Shown here one piece after another: positions 9,200 to 18,120 of a stretch of DNA of 64,000 bases. This stretch comes from Patescibacteria group bacterium (GTDB lineage: Bacteria > Patescibacteriota > Minisyncoccia > Minisyncoccales > RBG-13-36-15), in contig JAHCSE010000001.1 in the NCBI GenBank assembly GCA_018609195.1, forward strand, positions 9,559-73,558, given 5' to 3'. Each line of letters starts with the position of its first letter. The first letter of the stretch is position 1. The notes beneath the pieces are model-generated. The model had not been told where the DNA came from. It saw only the letters and a program-made list of their open reading frames with translations, and did not search any database. A program made the position numbers and the translations under genes.

Positions 9200-9757
9200 C
9201 TATGTTTTAATTGGGAATCCCAGCGACTTTAACAACTCTATTCCCTCCTCTTTGTTTTTAGCTGTCGTAACCACAGTTATTTCCAAACCGAAATTTAATT
9301 TTGTTTTTTCTGGGGATATTTCCGGAAAGGCAATATGTTCTCGAATACCTATAGTTAAATTTCCTTTTTTATCAACAGAATTTGAATTAATCCCCCGGAA
9401 ATCTCGGGATCTAGGTAGGACAATATTAATTAATCTTTCTAAAAAATCATACATTATTTTTCTTCTCAGGGTGGCTTTCGCTCCTATTGGCTGGTCTTTT
9501 CTAATTCTAAAACCAGAGATTGGCTTTTTAGCCTTACTCAAAATAGGCTTTTGTCCGCAAATTAAAGCTAAATCATTCAAAATACTGTCTGCAATTTTCT
9601 TTTGCTCCTCTGATGTTTTACCAGCTATAAATTTACCAAAGCCAGTATTGACTATCACTTTCTTAATGTTAGGAACAGCCATAGGATTTTTGTAGCCAAA
9701 CCTCTCTTTCATAGCCGGTATCACCTCTTTTTGATACTTTTCTTTTAAACTAAGCAT
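9200..9757 (-). CDS. rplE: 50S ribosomal protein L5
   Basis: 185 aa; conserved position and sequence. Confidence 0.9.
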   Translation of the reverse strand: MLSLKEKYQKEVIPAMKERFGYKNPMAVPNIKKVIVNTGFGKFIAGKTSEEQKKIADSILNDLALICGQKPILSKAKKPISGFRIRKDQPIGAKATLRRKIMYDFLERLINIVLPRSRDFRGINSNSVDKKGNLTIGIREHIAFPEISPEKTKLNFGLEITVVTTAKNKEEGIELLKSLGFPIKT

Positions 9758-9769
9758 AAAGTAAAATTA

Positions 9770-10075
9770 TTACACTTCTTGACCACATTTTTTACAGATC
9801 CTATACTTTTTACCCTCAGTCACCTTATATCCAACTCGAGTAGCCTTCTCACACTTTGAACAAATTAGTTTAACACTGGAGACATGAATGGAAGCTGGAA
9901 ACTCTATAACTTGGCCTTTTTCTCCAGATTTGCGAGCTCTGCGATGTTTTTTTCTTACATTAATCCCCTCAACCACAATCCTTTCTTCTTTAGGAAGAGC
10001 CTTCAAAATCTTGCCCCGTCTCCCTCGGTCTTTCCCCGAAATTATTAAAGCTATGTAACCTTTTTTTATTTTCAT
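9770..10075 (-). CDS. rplX: 50S ribosomal protein L24 with C-terminal Cys4 zinc-ribbon
   Basis: KOW motif GKDRGRRGKI; C-terminus CSKC...17...CKKC. Confidence 0.85.
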   Translation of the reverse strand: MKIKKGYIALIISGKDRGRRGKILKALPKEERIVVEGINVRKKHRRARKSGEKGQVIEFPASIHVSSVKLICSKCEKATRVGYKVTEGKKYRICKKCGQEV

Positions 10076-10076
10076 A

Positions 10077-10445
10077 TCAAACGAGTTCCTCTGCTAAAGC
10101 TGCTATTTTTTCAAATCCTTTCTCTCTTAATTCATAAGGCACAGGACCGAAAATTCTTCCTCCCTTAGGCTCTTTCTTTGTCTCTAAAATAACTGCTGCA
10201 TTATCATCAAAACGCACATAGGTCCCATCTTTTCTCCGGTAGGGTTTTCTTTGACGAATAATTACTGCTCTGACTATCTCGTGGGTTTTCACTGATCTTC
10301 TCGGTTCTGCCTTTTTAACTGTGGCCACAATCACATTTCCAATTTGAGCATATCTTCTTCTTGTTCCTCCCAACACTCGAAAACACTGAATAACTTTTGC
10401 TCCAGTATTATCGGCTACTTTTAACATTGTTCTTGGCTGAATCAT
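10077..10445 (-). CDS. rplN: 50S ribosomal protein L14
   Basis: 122 aa; MIQPRTMLKVADNTGAK. Confidence 0.9.
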   Translation of the reverse strand: MIQPRTMLKVADNTGAKVIQCFRVLGGTRRRYAQIGNVIVATVKKAEPRRSVKTHEIVRAVIIRQRKPYRRKDGTYVRFDDNAAVILETKKEPKGGRIFGPVPYELREKGFEKIAALAEELV

Positions 10446-10541
10446 AAGCGCTTCGCTAAAATAAAATATTAAATATAAAAGGTAAAATATTTTTTTAACT
10501 TTTGATTTGTGTTTTTTATTTTTGCTTTTTTATCTTTTATT

Positions 10542-10775
10542 TTAGGCTTTGCCGATTACTCGCCATCTCTTCTCTTTACTTATTGGCCGACATTCTTCAA
10601 TAACAACTTTATCTCCCATATTATATTCTTCCTTTTCATCGTGGACTTTATATTTTTTATGGACTTTATATCGCTTTTTATATTTTGGATGTTGTATAAT
10701 CTCTTCAATTTCAACCACTATTGTTTTCTGCATTTTATTAGAAATAACTTTTCCAATTAATTGACGCTTAGGCAT
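10542..10775 (-). CDS. rpsQ: 30S ribosomal protein S17
   Basis: 77 aa; RQLIGKVISNKMQKTIVVEIE. Confidence 0.9.
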   Translation of the reverse strand: MPKRQLIGKVISNKMQKTIVVEIEEIIQHPKYKKRYKVHKKYKVHDEKEEYNMGDKVVIEECRPISKEKRWRVIGKA

Positions 10776-10787
10776 AAAAATTGTTGG

Positions 10788-10967
10788 CTAACTTTTTAAC
10801 ACCGTTAATATTCTCGCAATACCTTTTCTTATTTTTCTTAGCTCTCTAACATTTTTTATTTTCTTTGAAGATAGGTCAAATCGAAGTTGACGTAACTTTT
10901 CTCGGTTATTTTGGAGTAACCTTTGAAGTTCAGGTGTTGATTTTCCTTTTAACTCTTTAGCTTTCAT
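10788..10967 (-). CDS. rpmC: 50S ribosomal protein L29
   Basis: Hand-translated 59-aa ORF MKAKELKGKSTPELQRLLQNNREKLRQLRFDLSSKKIKNVRELRKIRKGIARILTVLKS; below the 60-aa ORF-track cutoff; expected position between rplP and rpsQ. Confidence 0.75.
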   Translation of the reverse strand: MKAKELKGKSTPELQRLLQNNREKLRQLRFDLSSKKIKNVRELRKIRKGIARILTVLKS

Positions 10968-10993
10968 ATTTTAAGTACAGCTTTCTTAATTAT

Positions 10994-11410
10994 TTATTTA
11001 CGGAAGACAAATTTTGTTTTGATTGGTAATTTATTCCCCGCTCTCCTCAAGGCTTCCTTCGCCTGTTCCATTTTTATCCCTTCTAACTCAAAAATAATCC
11101 GGCCTGGTTTTATTGGAAAGACATAATGATCAACTGATCCTTTCCCCCCACCCATTGGAACTTCTGTCCCTTTCATAGTCACTGGTTTCTGAGGAAAAAT
11201 TCTAATCCAAAGCTTCCCCCCTTTTTTCAAATATCTAATAATCGCTCTCCTCGCTGCCTCAATTTGCCTGGAACTAATCCATCTACTCTCAAGGCTTTTT
11301 AAACCAAAGCTACCGAGGACAAGCTCCGTTCCTCGGGTCTCAATCCCTTTCGATCTCCCCTTTTGCCATTTCCTATGTTTAACTTTTTTTGGGTAAAGCA
11401 TATTATTCAA
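10994..11410 (-). CDS. rplP: 50S ribosomal protein L16
   Basis: 138 aa; [14 protein letters not shown]. Confidence 0.9.
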   Translation of the reverse strand: MNNMLYPKKVKHRKWQKGRSKGIETRGTELVLGSFGLKSLESRWISSRQIEAARRAIIRYLKKGGKLWIRIFPQKPVTMKGTEVPMGGGKGSVDHYVFPIKPGRIIFELEGIKMEQAKEALRRAGNKLPIKTKFVFRK

Positions 11411-12047
11411 ATTTTTCTCCCTTATAAATCCAGACCTTCACCCCTATTACTCCATACGCACAAAAGGCTTCGGCAGTTGCATAATCAATATCCGCTCTTA
11501 AGGTCTGACGGGGAAGCCTTCCTTTTTTCTGCCATTCCTTTCTCGCAATCTCTCTCCCGCCCAATCTGCCCGAAACCTCTACCCTCGCCCCTTGGACTTG
11601 TTTTGAAGCCATGATTCTATCCAAGGCCTGTCTTAATACTCTTCTATAGAAGATTCTCTTTTCTATCTGCTGAGCCATCCATTGGCTAACCAATTGAGCA
11701 TGGGCCCAGGGGTCTCTAATCTCTCGAATTTCAACTTTAACCTCCCTTTTTTTATCTGCAGTTAAAATCTTTTTCGCTAAATCTTTTCTTAGTTTCTCAA
11801 TTCCTTCTCCCCCTCGACCAATAATTAAACCGGGTCGGGATGTCGTTATGATAATATTTAATTTCCCAGCAGATCTTTCAATTTCAATTTTCTCCAGGCC
11901 CATCTGGCTTAATCTTTTTTTTAAAAATTCTCTAATTCGGAAATCTTCCTCTAAAAATTTAGAGAAATCTTTTTTAGTTAGCCACCTCGAACCCCAATCG
12001 GCTGTCTCTTTTATTCTAAAAATTTTGGGATGAACTTTATGAGCCAT
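11403..12047 (-). CDS. rpsC: 30S ribosomal protein S3
   Basis: 214 aa; KH domain plus S3-C. Confidence 0.9.
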   Translation of the reverse strand: MAHKVHPKIFRIKETADWGSRWLTKKDFSKFLEEDFRIREFLKKRLSQMGLEKIEIERSAGKLNIIITTSRPGLIIGRGGEGIEKLRKDLAKKILTADKKREVKVEIREIRDPWAHAQLVSQWMAQQIEKRIFYRRVLRQALDRIMASKQVQGARVEVSGRLGGREIARKEWQKKGRLPRQTLRADIDYATAEAFCAYGVIGVKVWIYKGEKFE

Positions 12048-12049
12048 TT

Positions 12050-12541
12050 TTAGAAGGCTTTCCGCCTAAAGACCCGTTTAACCTCCCTTTCTACTTTCGG
12101 TCTGGGTAAGACTATCTCTGGCCTTAATTTAGGTTTCTCTTTTTTGAGAATTTTAATCTTTTCCACTTTTTCTACCTTTTTTGCTTCCTTAACTTTTTTA
12201 GGTTTTTTCGTAACCTCCTCTAATATCAAAGTGATGTGGGAAGTCTTTTTTTGAATTTCTGAAACCTGTCCCCGGGCTCGGGGCATCCATCTTTTTAGTT
12301 TTGGTCCCTCGTCAACTGTGATTTTTGAAATATAAAAATTGTCCTCAGTTAATTGGAGAGTATTTTTAGCATTGGAGATCGCTTGCTTTAAAAGCTTAAG
12401 TAAAGGAAGAGCTGCTCTTTTGGTAGTAAAATTTAAAATAGTTTGGGCTTCTAAAACTGACTTTCCCCTAACTAAATCAGTAACTAATCTCACTTTCCGG
12501 GGAGCAATTCGTAAATATCTTAACTTAGCTGTAACTGGCAT
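12050..12541 (-). CDS. rplV: 50S ribosomal protein L22 with Lys-rich C-terminal extension
   Basis: 163 aa; LRIAPRKVRLVTDLVRGK. Confidence 0.85.
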   Translation of the reverse strand: MPVTAKLRYLRIAPRKVRLVTDLVRGKSVLEAQTILNFTTKRAALPLLKLLKQAISNAKNTLQLTEDNFYISKITVDEGPKLKRWMPRARGQVSEIQKKTSHITLILEEVTKKPKKVKEAKKVEKVEKIKILKKEKPKLRPEIVLPRPKVEREVKRVFRRKAF

Positions 12542-12576
12542 AAAATAATAAACAAGATTGGTTATTCTTTTTCCTT

Positions 12577-12888
12577 TTATTTTAGTTTCTCTGTCTCTTT
12601 TGCTCTAGTTTTTTCCTCTAATTCTCTTTGCATCCTACCACCATGTCTAAAAAACTTCGTGGTTGGGGCAAATTCTCCCAATTTATGACCAACTATCTCT
12701 TCAGTTATAGTAACTGGAATATGTTCTTTGCCATTATGAACGCCGAAAGTAAAGCCGACCATTTCCGGAGTGATGGTACAGCTTCTTGACCAAGTCTTAA
12801 TAATTTCTTTCGTACCAGGTTTTAGATTTTTAATTTTTTTTAATAATTTTTGGTCAACAAAAGGACCTTTCTTTAATGAACGTGCCAT
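12577..12888 (-). CDS. rpsS: 30S ribosomal protein S19
   Basis: 103 aa; [12 protein letters not shown]...[10 protein letters not shown]. Confidence 0.9.
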   Translation of the reverse strand: MARSLKKGPFVDQKLLKKIKNLKPGTKEIIKTWSRSCTITPEMVGFTFGVHNGKEHIPVTITEEIVGHKLGEFAPTTKFFRHGGRMQRELEEKTRAKETEKLK

Positions 12889-12889
12889 A

Positions 12890-13684
12890 TTATTTCTTTT
12901 TTCTTCTTTGAATTATGTATTTATCTGTCCATCTTTTTTTTCTGGTCCTCACCCCTCGAGCTGGTTTTCCCCAAGGAGTTTTTGGATGTTTCAAGCCAAT
13001 GGGAGCCTTCCCCTCCCCTCCCCCATGGGGATGATCAGGAGGAATCATGGCTGTTCCCCGAACAGTAGGTCTCCTTCCTTTTAATCTTGTTCTTCCTGCT
13101 TTGCTAATTATCTCGTAAATTTTTTCAGGGTGAGAGACCATTCCAATTGAAGCGAAACATCGATTGGAAATTTTTCTAATTTCTCTAGAAGGCATCTCCA
13201 AATGAGTAAATTGATCTTCTTGGGCCAAAACCCGAGCTCCGGTTCCAGCCCCCCTGACCAGTTTTCCTCCCCTGCCTGGCTCAATTTCAATATTATAGAT
13301 CATGGTGCCTAAGGGAATATTTTTTAATTTCATTCGATTTCCAGCAGATATTGGGGCTTTCTCTGAAATCTGAACCTCATCTTTAATTTTTAAGTTTTGG
13401 GGAGCTAAAATATATCTCCTCTCTCCATCCTCATATTCCAGAAGAGCTAAAAACCCAGATCTGTAAGGATCGTATTCAAGAGATATGACTTTAGCTTTCT
13501 TTCCCATTTTTTCCTGGCCAAAATCAACAATTCGATAGAGCCTTTTTACCCCTCCCCCTCGGTGCCGCACCGTAATCCTGCCACTTGATCCTCTGCCGGC
13601 CGCACTCTTTAAGTGCAGGAGTAATCTTTTTTCGGGCTCTTTTTTAGATAATATTTTAATTGATGTTGATTTATCTCTTTTCAT
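12890..13684 (-). CDS. rplB: 50S ribosomal protein L2
   Basis: 264 aa; [23 protein letters not shown]. Confidence 0.9.
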   Translation of the reverse strand: MKRDKSTSIKILSKKEPEKRLLLHLKSAAGRGSSGRITVRHRGGGVKRLYRIVDFGQEKMGKKAKVISLEYDPYRSGFLALLEYEDGERRYILAPQNLKIKDEVQISEKAPISAGNRMKLKNIPLGTMIYNIEIEPGRGGKLVRGAGTGARVLAQEDQFTHLEMPSREIRKISNRCFASIGMVSHPEKIYEIISKAGRTRLKGRRPTVRGTAMIPPDHPHGGGEGKAPIGLKHPKTPWGKPARGVRTRKKRWTDKYIIQRRKKK

Positions 13685-13696
13685 AAAAATTAAGTT

Positions 13697-14113
13697 TTAT
13701 CTTGGCAACACTTCAATTTTTTGTCCCTCTTTTATTTTGACTATTGCTTTTTTATATCCTTTTCTCCAGCCAGTTATTCTCCCTAATCTTCTCCTTTTTT
13801 GAGGAATCTTTATAATTTTAACATCTACGACCTTCACTCCATAAAGACCTTCAATTACCCTTTTAATCTCAATCTTATTAGATCTGGAATAAACTTTAAA
13901 AACGTATTGATTTTTTTTAGTCAAATCGGTAGCTTTCTCTGTGATATGGAGGGATTTTAATATTCGATAGGCATGAAGGGGAATTCCCTTTCTCTCAATT
14001 CTTTTTTCTTCTGGAGGAATTTCAGGTTCTCTCACTTCCTTCACCTTCTTTTCTGGAATTTCTCTTTTCTCTTTTTTAATTTTTTTCTTTCGAAAACGGT
14101 CTAAAATTCCCAT
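13697..14113 (-). CDS. rplW: 50S ribosomal protein L23 with N-terminal extension
   Basis: 138 aa; YVFKVYSRSNKIEIKRVIEGLYGVKV. Confidence 0.85.
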   Translation of the reverse strand: MGILDRFRKKKIKKEKREIPEKKVKEVREPEIPPEEKRIERKGIPLHAYRILKSLHITEKATDLTKKNQYVFKVYSRSNKIEIKRVIEGLYGVKVVDVKIIKIPQKRRRLGRITGWRKGYKKAIVKIKEGQKIEVLPR

Positions 14114-14132
14114 ATTGTTATTACAGAGCGAA

Positions 14133-14276
14133 GTCGCTCGCCCTCCTCCAGCCTTTGGCTGGCGGTCGCCTTCGGCGACCTTCGGGCTCGCTCTTTAGAA
14201 ACCCTCGGTTTCTAACACTCGCTTCGCTTGCTGTTTTCCTACACGGGAGAACCTATGGTTCTCCCGACCCCTCTCC
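14133..14276 (+). repeat. GC-rich structured element family A, copy A1 (overlaps the rplD 3' end)
   Basis: GTCGCTCGCCCTCCTCCAG..hairpin GGTCGCC-TTC-GGCGACC..TAGAAACC-CTC-GGTTTCTA..CTGTTTTCCTACACGGGAGAACC-TATG-GGTTCTCCCGACCCCTC. Confidence 0.8.
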
Positions 14277-14923
14277 ATTTTGGGCAGCAAATTGGGTTTC
14301 AGGAATGTCTCTTTTATTATATTTATTGATTCTTTAGGTATTAATAAATATTTGAAAGAAAGTAAGTCCAAGGGATTTAAATCTTTAGTCTGGGTAGTTT
14401 CTACTTTAGGAATATTTTTTGAGGCTCTAATGACAGCTTCCTCTTTTGTAGGAAGAGCAATCAAACAAGATGCTTTTTTTATTGGTAGATTATTTAAAAT
14501 CTCAACAATCAATTTTGTCTTTGGTTTATCTAATTTTAAAGAATCCAAAAGAACTATTAAATTTTCTTTAGCTTTCGTTGATAATACCATAAACAAAGCT
14601 TTTCTTCTCATTTTTTTAGGAATTTTTTGCTTAAAAACTCTCGTTTTTCTTGGTCCAAAAGTGATTCCTCCTCCTCGCCAGATTGGAGAACGAATAGAGC
14701 CTGCCCTCGCTCTCCCTGTTCCTTTTTGCCGCCAGGGTTTTCTTCCTCCACCCCGAACCTCAGCTCTAATTTTGGTATGAGCGATAGGAATCCTTCTATT
14801 TGCCATCTGGCTCACCACTACCTGATGTACTAAATCAGGATTGATTTTCACATCAAAAATTTCTTTTGGTAATGAAGTTTTCCCAACTTCTTTTCCTTCT
14901 TGATTGTAAGTCTTAATAAACAT
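14195..14923 (-). CDS. rplD: 50S ribosomal protein L4; the last ~27 codons are encoded by repeat element A1
   Basis: 242 aa vs ~205 typical; C-terminal MERGRENHRFSRVGKQQAKRVLETEGF is read from the GC-rich element. Confidence 0.85.
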   Translation of the reverse strand: MFIKTYNQEGKEVGKTSLPKEIFDVKINPDLVHQVVVSQMANRRIPIAHTKIRAEVRGGGRKPWRQKGTGRARAGSIRSPIWRGGGITFGPRKTRVFKQKIPKKMRRKALFMVLSTKAKENLIVLLDSLKLDKPKTKLIVEILNNLPIKKASCLIALPTKEEAVIRASKNIPKVETTQTKDLNPLDLLSFKYLLIPKESINIIKETFLKPNLLPKMERGRENHRFSRVGKQQAKRVLETEGF

Positions 14924-14932
14924 AAGTTAATA

Positions 14933-15078
14933 GCGAGGGTAAGTTTTTCAAAGAGCATCTCGGAGGCATCGCTGGCATGGTGTCCGAGCGCAACGAGGAA
15001 CAGCGACGCCGAGAGTTGAACAAAATTTTCCTCGCTGGGGAAAATTATTGTGTCTCTTTGAGGAAGCTTTGCCCGAAC
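14933..15078 (+). repeat. GC-rich structured element family B, copy B1 (rplC-rplD spacer)
   Basis: About 92% identical to 20289..20435; nested inverted repeats CTCGGAGGCRTCGCTG / CAGCGACGCCGAGAG and TCAAAGAG / CTCTTTGA. Confidence 0.8.
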
Positions 15079-15080
15079 GC

Positions 15081-15674
15081 TTATCCTCTAATTTCAAGCA
15101 GTGTTCCTTTTGCTCCTGGTACTGCTCCCTTCACTGCTAATAAATTATTTTCTGCATCAACTTTCACAACTTTTAAATTTTTCACTGTAACTCTTTCAAA
15201 GCCCATTCTGCCTGGCATTTTTTTTCCTTTAATCACTCTCTCTGGGAATGAAGAACCAACAGATCCCGGAGTTCTGGCTTCATGCTTTACTCCGTGAGAA
15301 GCTCCTCTTCCAGCAAATCCCCATCTTTTGACTACTCCGGCAAATCCTTTTCCTTTTGAGATACCAGAAATTTTCACTTTTTCTCCTTCCTCAAAAATTG
15401 AAACATCAATCTTTTGCCCTTCTTTAAAATCCTTTGCTTTATTTTTAAATTCTCTTAGAAATCTGAAAGGTTTTTTCCTCAGTGGTTTTTTAATCCGCTT
15501 TTTTTTCTCTATTTTTTTAAAACCGAGTTGAATAGCTTCGTACCTATCTTTTTCTTCGGTCTTCACTTGCGTGACAAAACAGGGGCCAGCCTCGATTACT
15601 GTTACTGACAAGACATTACCTTTTTCATCAAATATCTGGGACATTCCTAATTTTTGACCAAGAATAAACTTCAT
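15081..15674 (-). CDS. rplC: 50S ribosomal protein L3
   Basis: 197 aa; MKFILGQKLGMSQIFDEKGNVLSVTVIEAGPC. Confidence 0.9.
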   Translation of the reverse strand: MKFILGQKLGMSQIFDEKGNVLSVTVIEAGPCFVTQVKTEEKDRYEAIQLGFKKIEKKKRIKKPLRKKPFRFLREFKNKAKDFKEGQKIDVSIFEEGEKVKISGISKGKGFAGVVKRWGFAGRGASHGVKHEARTPGSVGSSFPERVIKGKKMPGRMGFERVTVKNLKVVKVDAENNLLAVKGAVPGAKGTLLEIRG

Positions 15675-15678
15675 ACTT

Positions 15679-15745
15679 TCCTACGAATTACTCTATCGCT
15701 AAGCGACTCCCCGGAGGGTTGATATTTGCGAATATACGAATAATA
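15679..15745 (-). promoter_or_regulatory. TTCGTA-repeat leader/promoter motif upstream of rplC
   Basis: Minus-strand TATTCGTATATTCGCA...GTAATTCGTAGGAAAGT-ATG. Confidence 0.45.
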
Positions 15746-15871
15746 ATTTTCCAACAAAATACCGGGCACTAACCCGGTACTTTATTTTGTAGGTTAGTTA
15801 ATTTTATAATTTTATAAATTTTTGAAATAATTATTTCTTATCATAATGAGATAAAAAATATATTCGTAGGT

Positions 15872-15900
15872 ATCTACATTTTTATTTCGATATCACCTCC
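15872..15900. repeat. 29-nt near-exact duplicate of the rpsJ 3' end (direct repeat flanking element A2)
   Basis: atctacatttttatttcgatatcacctcc vs atctacatttttatttcgatgtcaactcc at 16007..16035. Confidence 0.8.
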
Positions 15901-15996
15901 GTCGCTCCGCTCCTTAGAAACCCGCGGTTTCTAACGCTCGCTTCACTCGCTGTTTTCCTACACGGGGAGACACCCAGTCTCCCCGACCCCTTCTGT
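15901..15996 (+). repeat. GC-rich structured element family A, copy A2 (short form, immediately after the rpsJ stop)
   Basis: GTCGCTCCGCTCC..TAGAAACC-CGC-GGTTTCTA..CTGTTTTCCTACACGGGGAGAC-ACCCA-GTCTCCCCGACCCCTTC. Confidence 0.8.
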
Positions 15997-16009
15997 GCGG
16001 AGTTGCCAT

Positions 16010-16354
16010 CTACATTTTTATTTCGATGTCAACTCCGGCTGGTAAATTTAAATTCATCAGAGAATCGATCACTTTTGAGCTAGGATTTAAAATATCAATG
16101 AGTCTTTTGTGAATTCTCGTTTCAAACTGTTCTCGGGCATCTTTGTGGATAAAAGAAGATCTATTGACGGTGTATTTGTGAATTTCAGTTGGTAAGGGGA
16201 CAGGTCCCGAGACCTCCGCCCCATATCTTAAAACAGTCTCCACAATCTGCCGAGCACTGCTATCTATAACTTTGTGGTCATAGGCTTTAAGCCTTATCCT
16301 AATCCTTGGCTTAACTTCTTCCTCAATTTCTTTTGATTTTTCCTTAACTTTCAT
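16010..16354 (-). CDS. rpsJ: 30S ribosomal protein S10
   Basis: 114 aa; [14 protein letters not shown]... Confidence 0.9.
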   Translation of the reverse strand: MKVKEKSKEIEEEVKPRIRIRLKAYDHKVIDSSARQIVETVLRYGAEVSGPVPLPTEIHKYTVNRSSFIHKDAREQFETRIHKRLIDILNPSSKVIDSLMNLNLPAGVDIEIKM

Positions 16355-16458
16355 CTTAAAAAGGACAAAAAATTTTTAGGTTTTAGCGTTTAGGATCTAG
16401 GTCTATTAAGTGATATTAAATTTAAAAAAACTCGACGCTAAAACCTAGGCGCTAGACC

Positions 16459-17658
16459 CTATTTCACTATCTTCGTCACCACTCCTGCCCCCACTGTCTT
16501 TCCTCCCTCTCTGATGGCAAATCTTTGTTTTTCTTCCAAGGCGATAGGAAAAATTAATTTGATCTTCAAATTAACCGTATCCCCTGGCATAACCATTTCT
16601 GTACCTTCTAGTAAAGTTACCTCTCCTGTAACATCGGTGGTCCGGAAATAAAATTGGGGTTTATAACCAGAAAAGAAAGGAGTATGCCTTCCCCCTTCTT
16701 CTTTCGTTAGCACATAGACTTCTCCTTCAAAATCAGTATGGGGGGTAATTGAACCCGGTTTAGCTAGAACCTGACCTCTTTCCACTTCTTCTTTTTTTAA
16801 TCCCCTTACTAAGATTCCAACATTATCTCCTGCTCTTCCTTCGTCAAGTATTTTGTTAAACATTTCAATACTCACAACCACAGTTTTAATAGTAGGTCGC
16901 AAACCAACCAGTTCAACTTCTTCATTAGGGTGAACTATTCCCCGTTCGATTCTGCCCGTAGCCACCGTTCCTCTCCCTGCAATAGAGAAAACATCTTCAA
17001 TAGCCATCAAAACGGGTTTATCAATTTCTCTCACTGGTTCTGGAATAAAATCATCTAAGGCTTTAACCAAATCCAAAATTGGTTTAGCTTTTTCATCATC
17101 AGGGGAACTGGCCTCCAAGGCTTTCAAAGCCGATCCTCTAATTATTGGAGTTTTATCTCCTGGGAAACCATATTTTTTCAAAAGCTCCCTGAGTTCTGAC
17201 TCCACTAAGTTAATCATCTCTTGATCTTCTACGAGATCGCATTTATTCAAGAAAATAACAATTGAAGGCAGACCAACCTGTCTTGCTAATAAAATGTGTT
17301 CTCTAGTCTGGGGCATGGGGCCATCAGGAGCAGAAACTACTAGAATTGCTCCATCCATTTGAGCAGCTCCCGTAATCATGTTTTTGATGTAATCTGCATG
17401 GCCTGGACAATCAATATGAGCGTAGTGTCTTTTCTCGGTCTCGTATTCAACGTGAGTAATATTGATAGTCAATCCTCGAGCCCTTTCTTCGGGAGCTGAA
17501 TCAATTTCCTCCACTGTCTTTTTTGAGGTCCGCAATCCTTTTAACCCCAAGATTTTCAAAATAGCGGCAGTCAGCGTAGTCTTTCCATGATCGACATGGC
17601 CAATTGTCCCTACGTTGAGATGGGGTTTTACCCTTTCAAATTTTTCTTTCTCTGCCAT
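16459..17658 (-). CDS. tuf: Elongation factor Tu
   Basis: 399 aa; [22 protein letters not shown]. Confidence 0.95.
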   Translation of the reverse strand: MAEKEKFERVKPHLNVGTIGHVDHGKTTLTAAILKILGLKGLRTSKKTVEEIDSAPEERARGLTINITHVEYETEKRHYAHIDCPGHADYIKNMITGAAQMDGAILVVSAPDGPMPQTREHILLARQVGLPSIVIFLNKCDLVEDQEMINLVESELRELLKKYGFPGDKTPIIRGSALKALEASSPDDEKAKPILDLVKALDDFIPEPVREIDKPVLMAIEDVFSIAGRGTVATGRIERGIVHPNEEVELVGLRPTIKTVVVSIEMFNKILDEGRAGDNVGILVRGLKKEEVERGQVLAKPGSITPHTDFEGEVYVLTKEEGGRHTPFFSGYKPQFYFRTTDVTGEVTLLEGTEMVMPGDTVNLKIKLIFPIALEEKQRFAIREGGKTVGAGVVTKIVK

Positions 17659-17847
17659 TTTGTAAGAGCTTCTAGGTTCTCGCTTCTAGGTTTTAGAAAT
17701 TTACTAATTATCTATAAGCTGAAAGCTAAAAGCTGATCTTATATTATTATCTTAGTAAACCCTGAAAAATAGTCAAGCTAGTTTACTAACTAATTTCCTT
17801 TGTATCAAAAATTCCTAACGGGGTCAATAGATTGGTTGTGGATTATC

Positions 17848-17925
17848 CTATTTCCTCTTTCCCTCAATGATCTCCTGAGTAATATTCTGAGGTACTTCTC
17901 CGTAATGGTCGAATTCCATCGTAAA
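17848..17925 (-). pseudogene. Diverged in-frame duplicate of the last ~25 codons of fusA, downstream of element A3
   Basis: Encodes ...[25 protein letters not shown] vs the genuine fusA end [25 protein letters not shown]; nucleotide identity is low at synonymous sites. Confidence 0.7.
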
Positions 17926-18097
17926 GTCGCTCCGCTCCTCCAGTCTTCGGCTGGCGCTCCCCGCCAACATCTTCGAAGTTGTGGCGGGTCGCTTCGCTCC
18001 GCTCCCCAGACACCTCTCGGTTTCTGGCGGTCGTCGCTTCGCTCCTCCCTGTTTTCCTACACGGGAAAACACCCAGTTTTCCCGACCCCTTTCTGCT
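17926..18097 (+). repeat. GC-rich structured element family A, copy A3 (between the fusA stop and its duplicated 3' end)
   Basis: GTCGCTCCGCTCCTCCAG..long hairpin CCCGCCAACATCTTCGAAGTTGTGGCGGG..CTGTTTTCCTACACGGGAAAAC-ACCCA-GTTTTCCCGACCCCTTTCTG. Confidence 0.8.
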
Positions 18098-18120
18098 TCA
18101 CTATGGAGTTTTATCTAAAA

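Noticed and set aside
16355-16458. Possible structured leader or attenuator between tuf and rpsJ (GTTTTAGCG...CGCTAAAAC with CTAGG repeats)
   Set aside because: Only a loose inverted repeat. It is probably an ordinary intercistronic terminator or processing site, and I could not support more.
17848-18072. 74-aa minus-strand ORF MFSRVGKQGG...[25 protein letters not shown]
   Set aside because: It is read-through of element A3 joined to the duplicated fusA 3' end and is not an independent gene. It is kept as a pseudogene or duplicate fragment.
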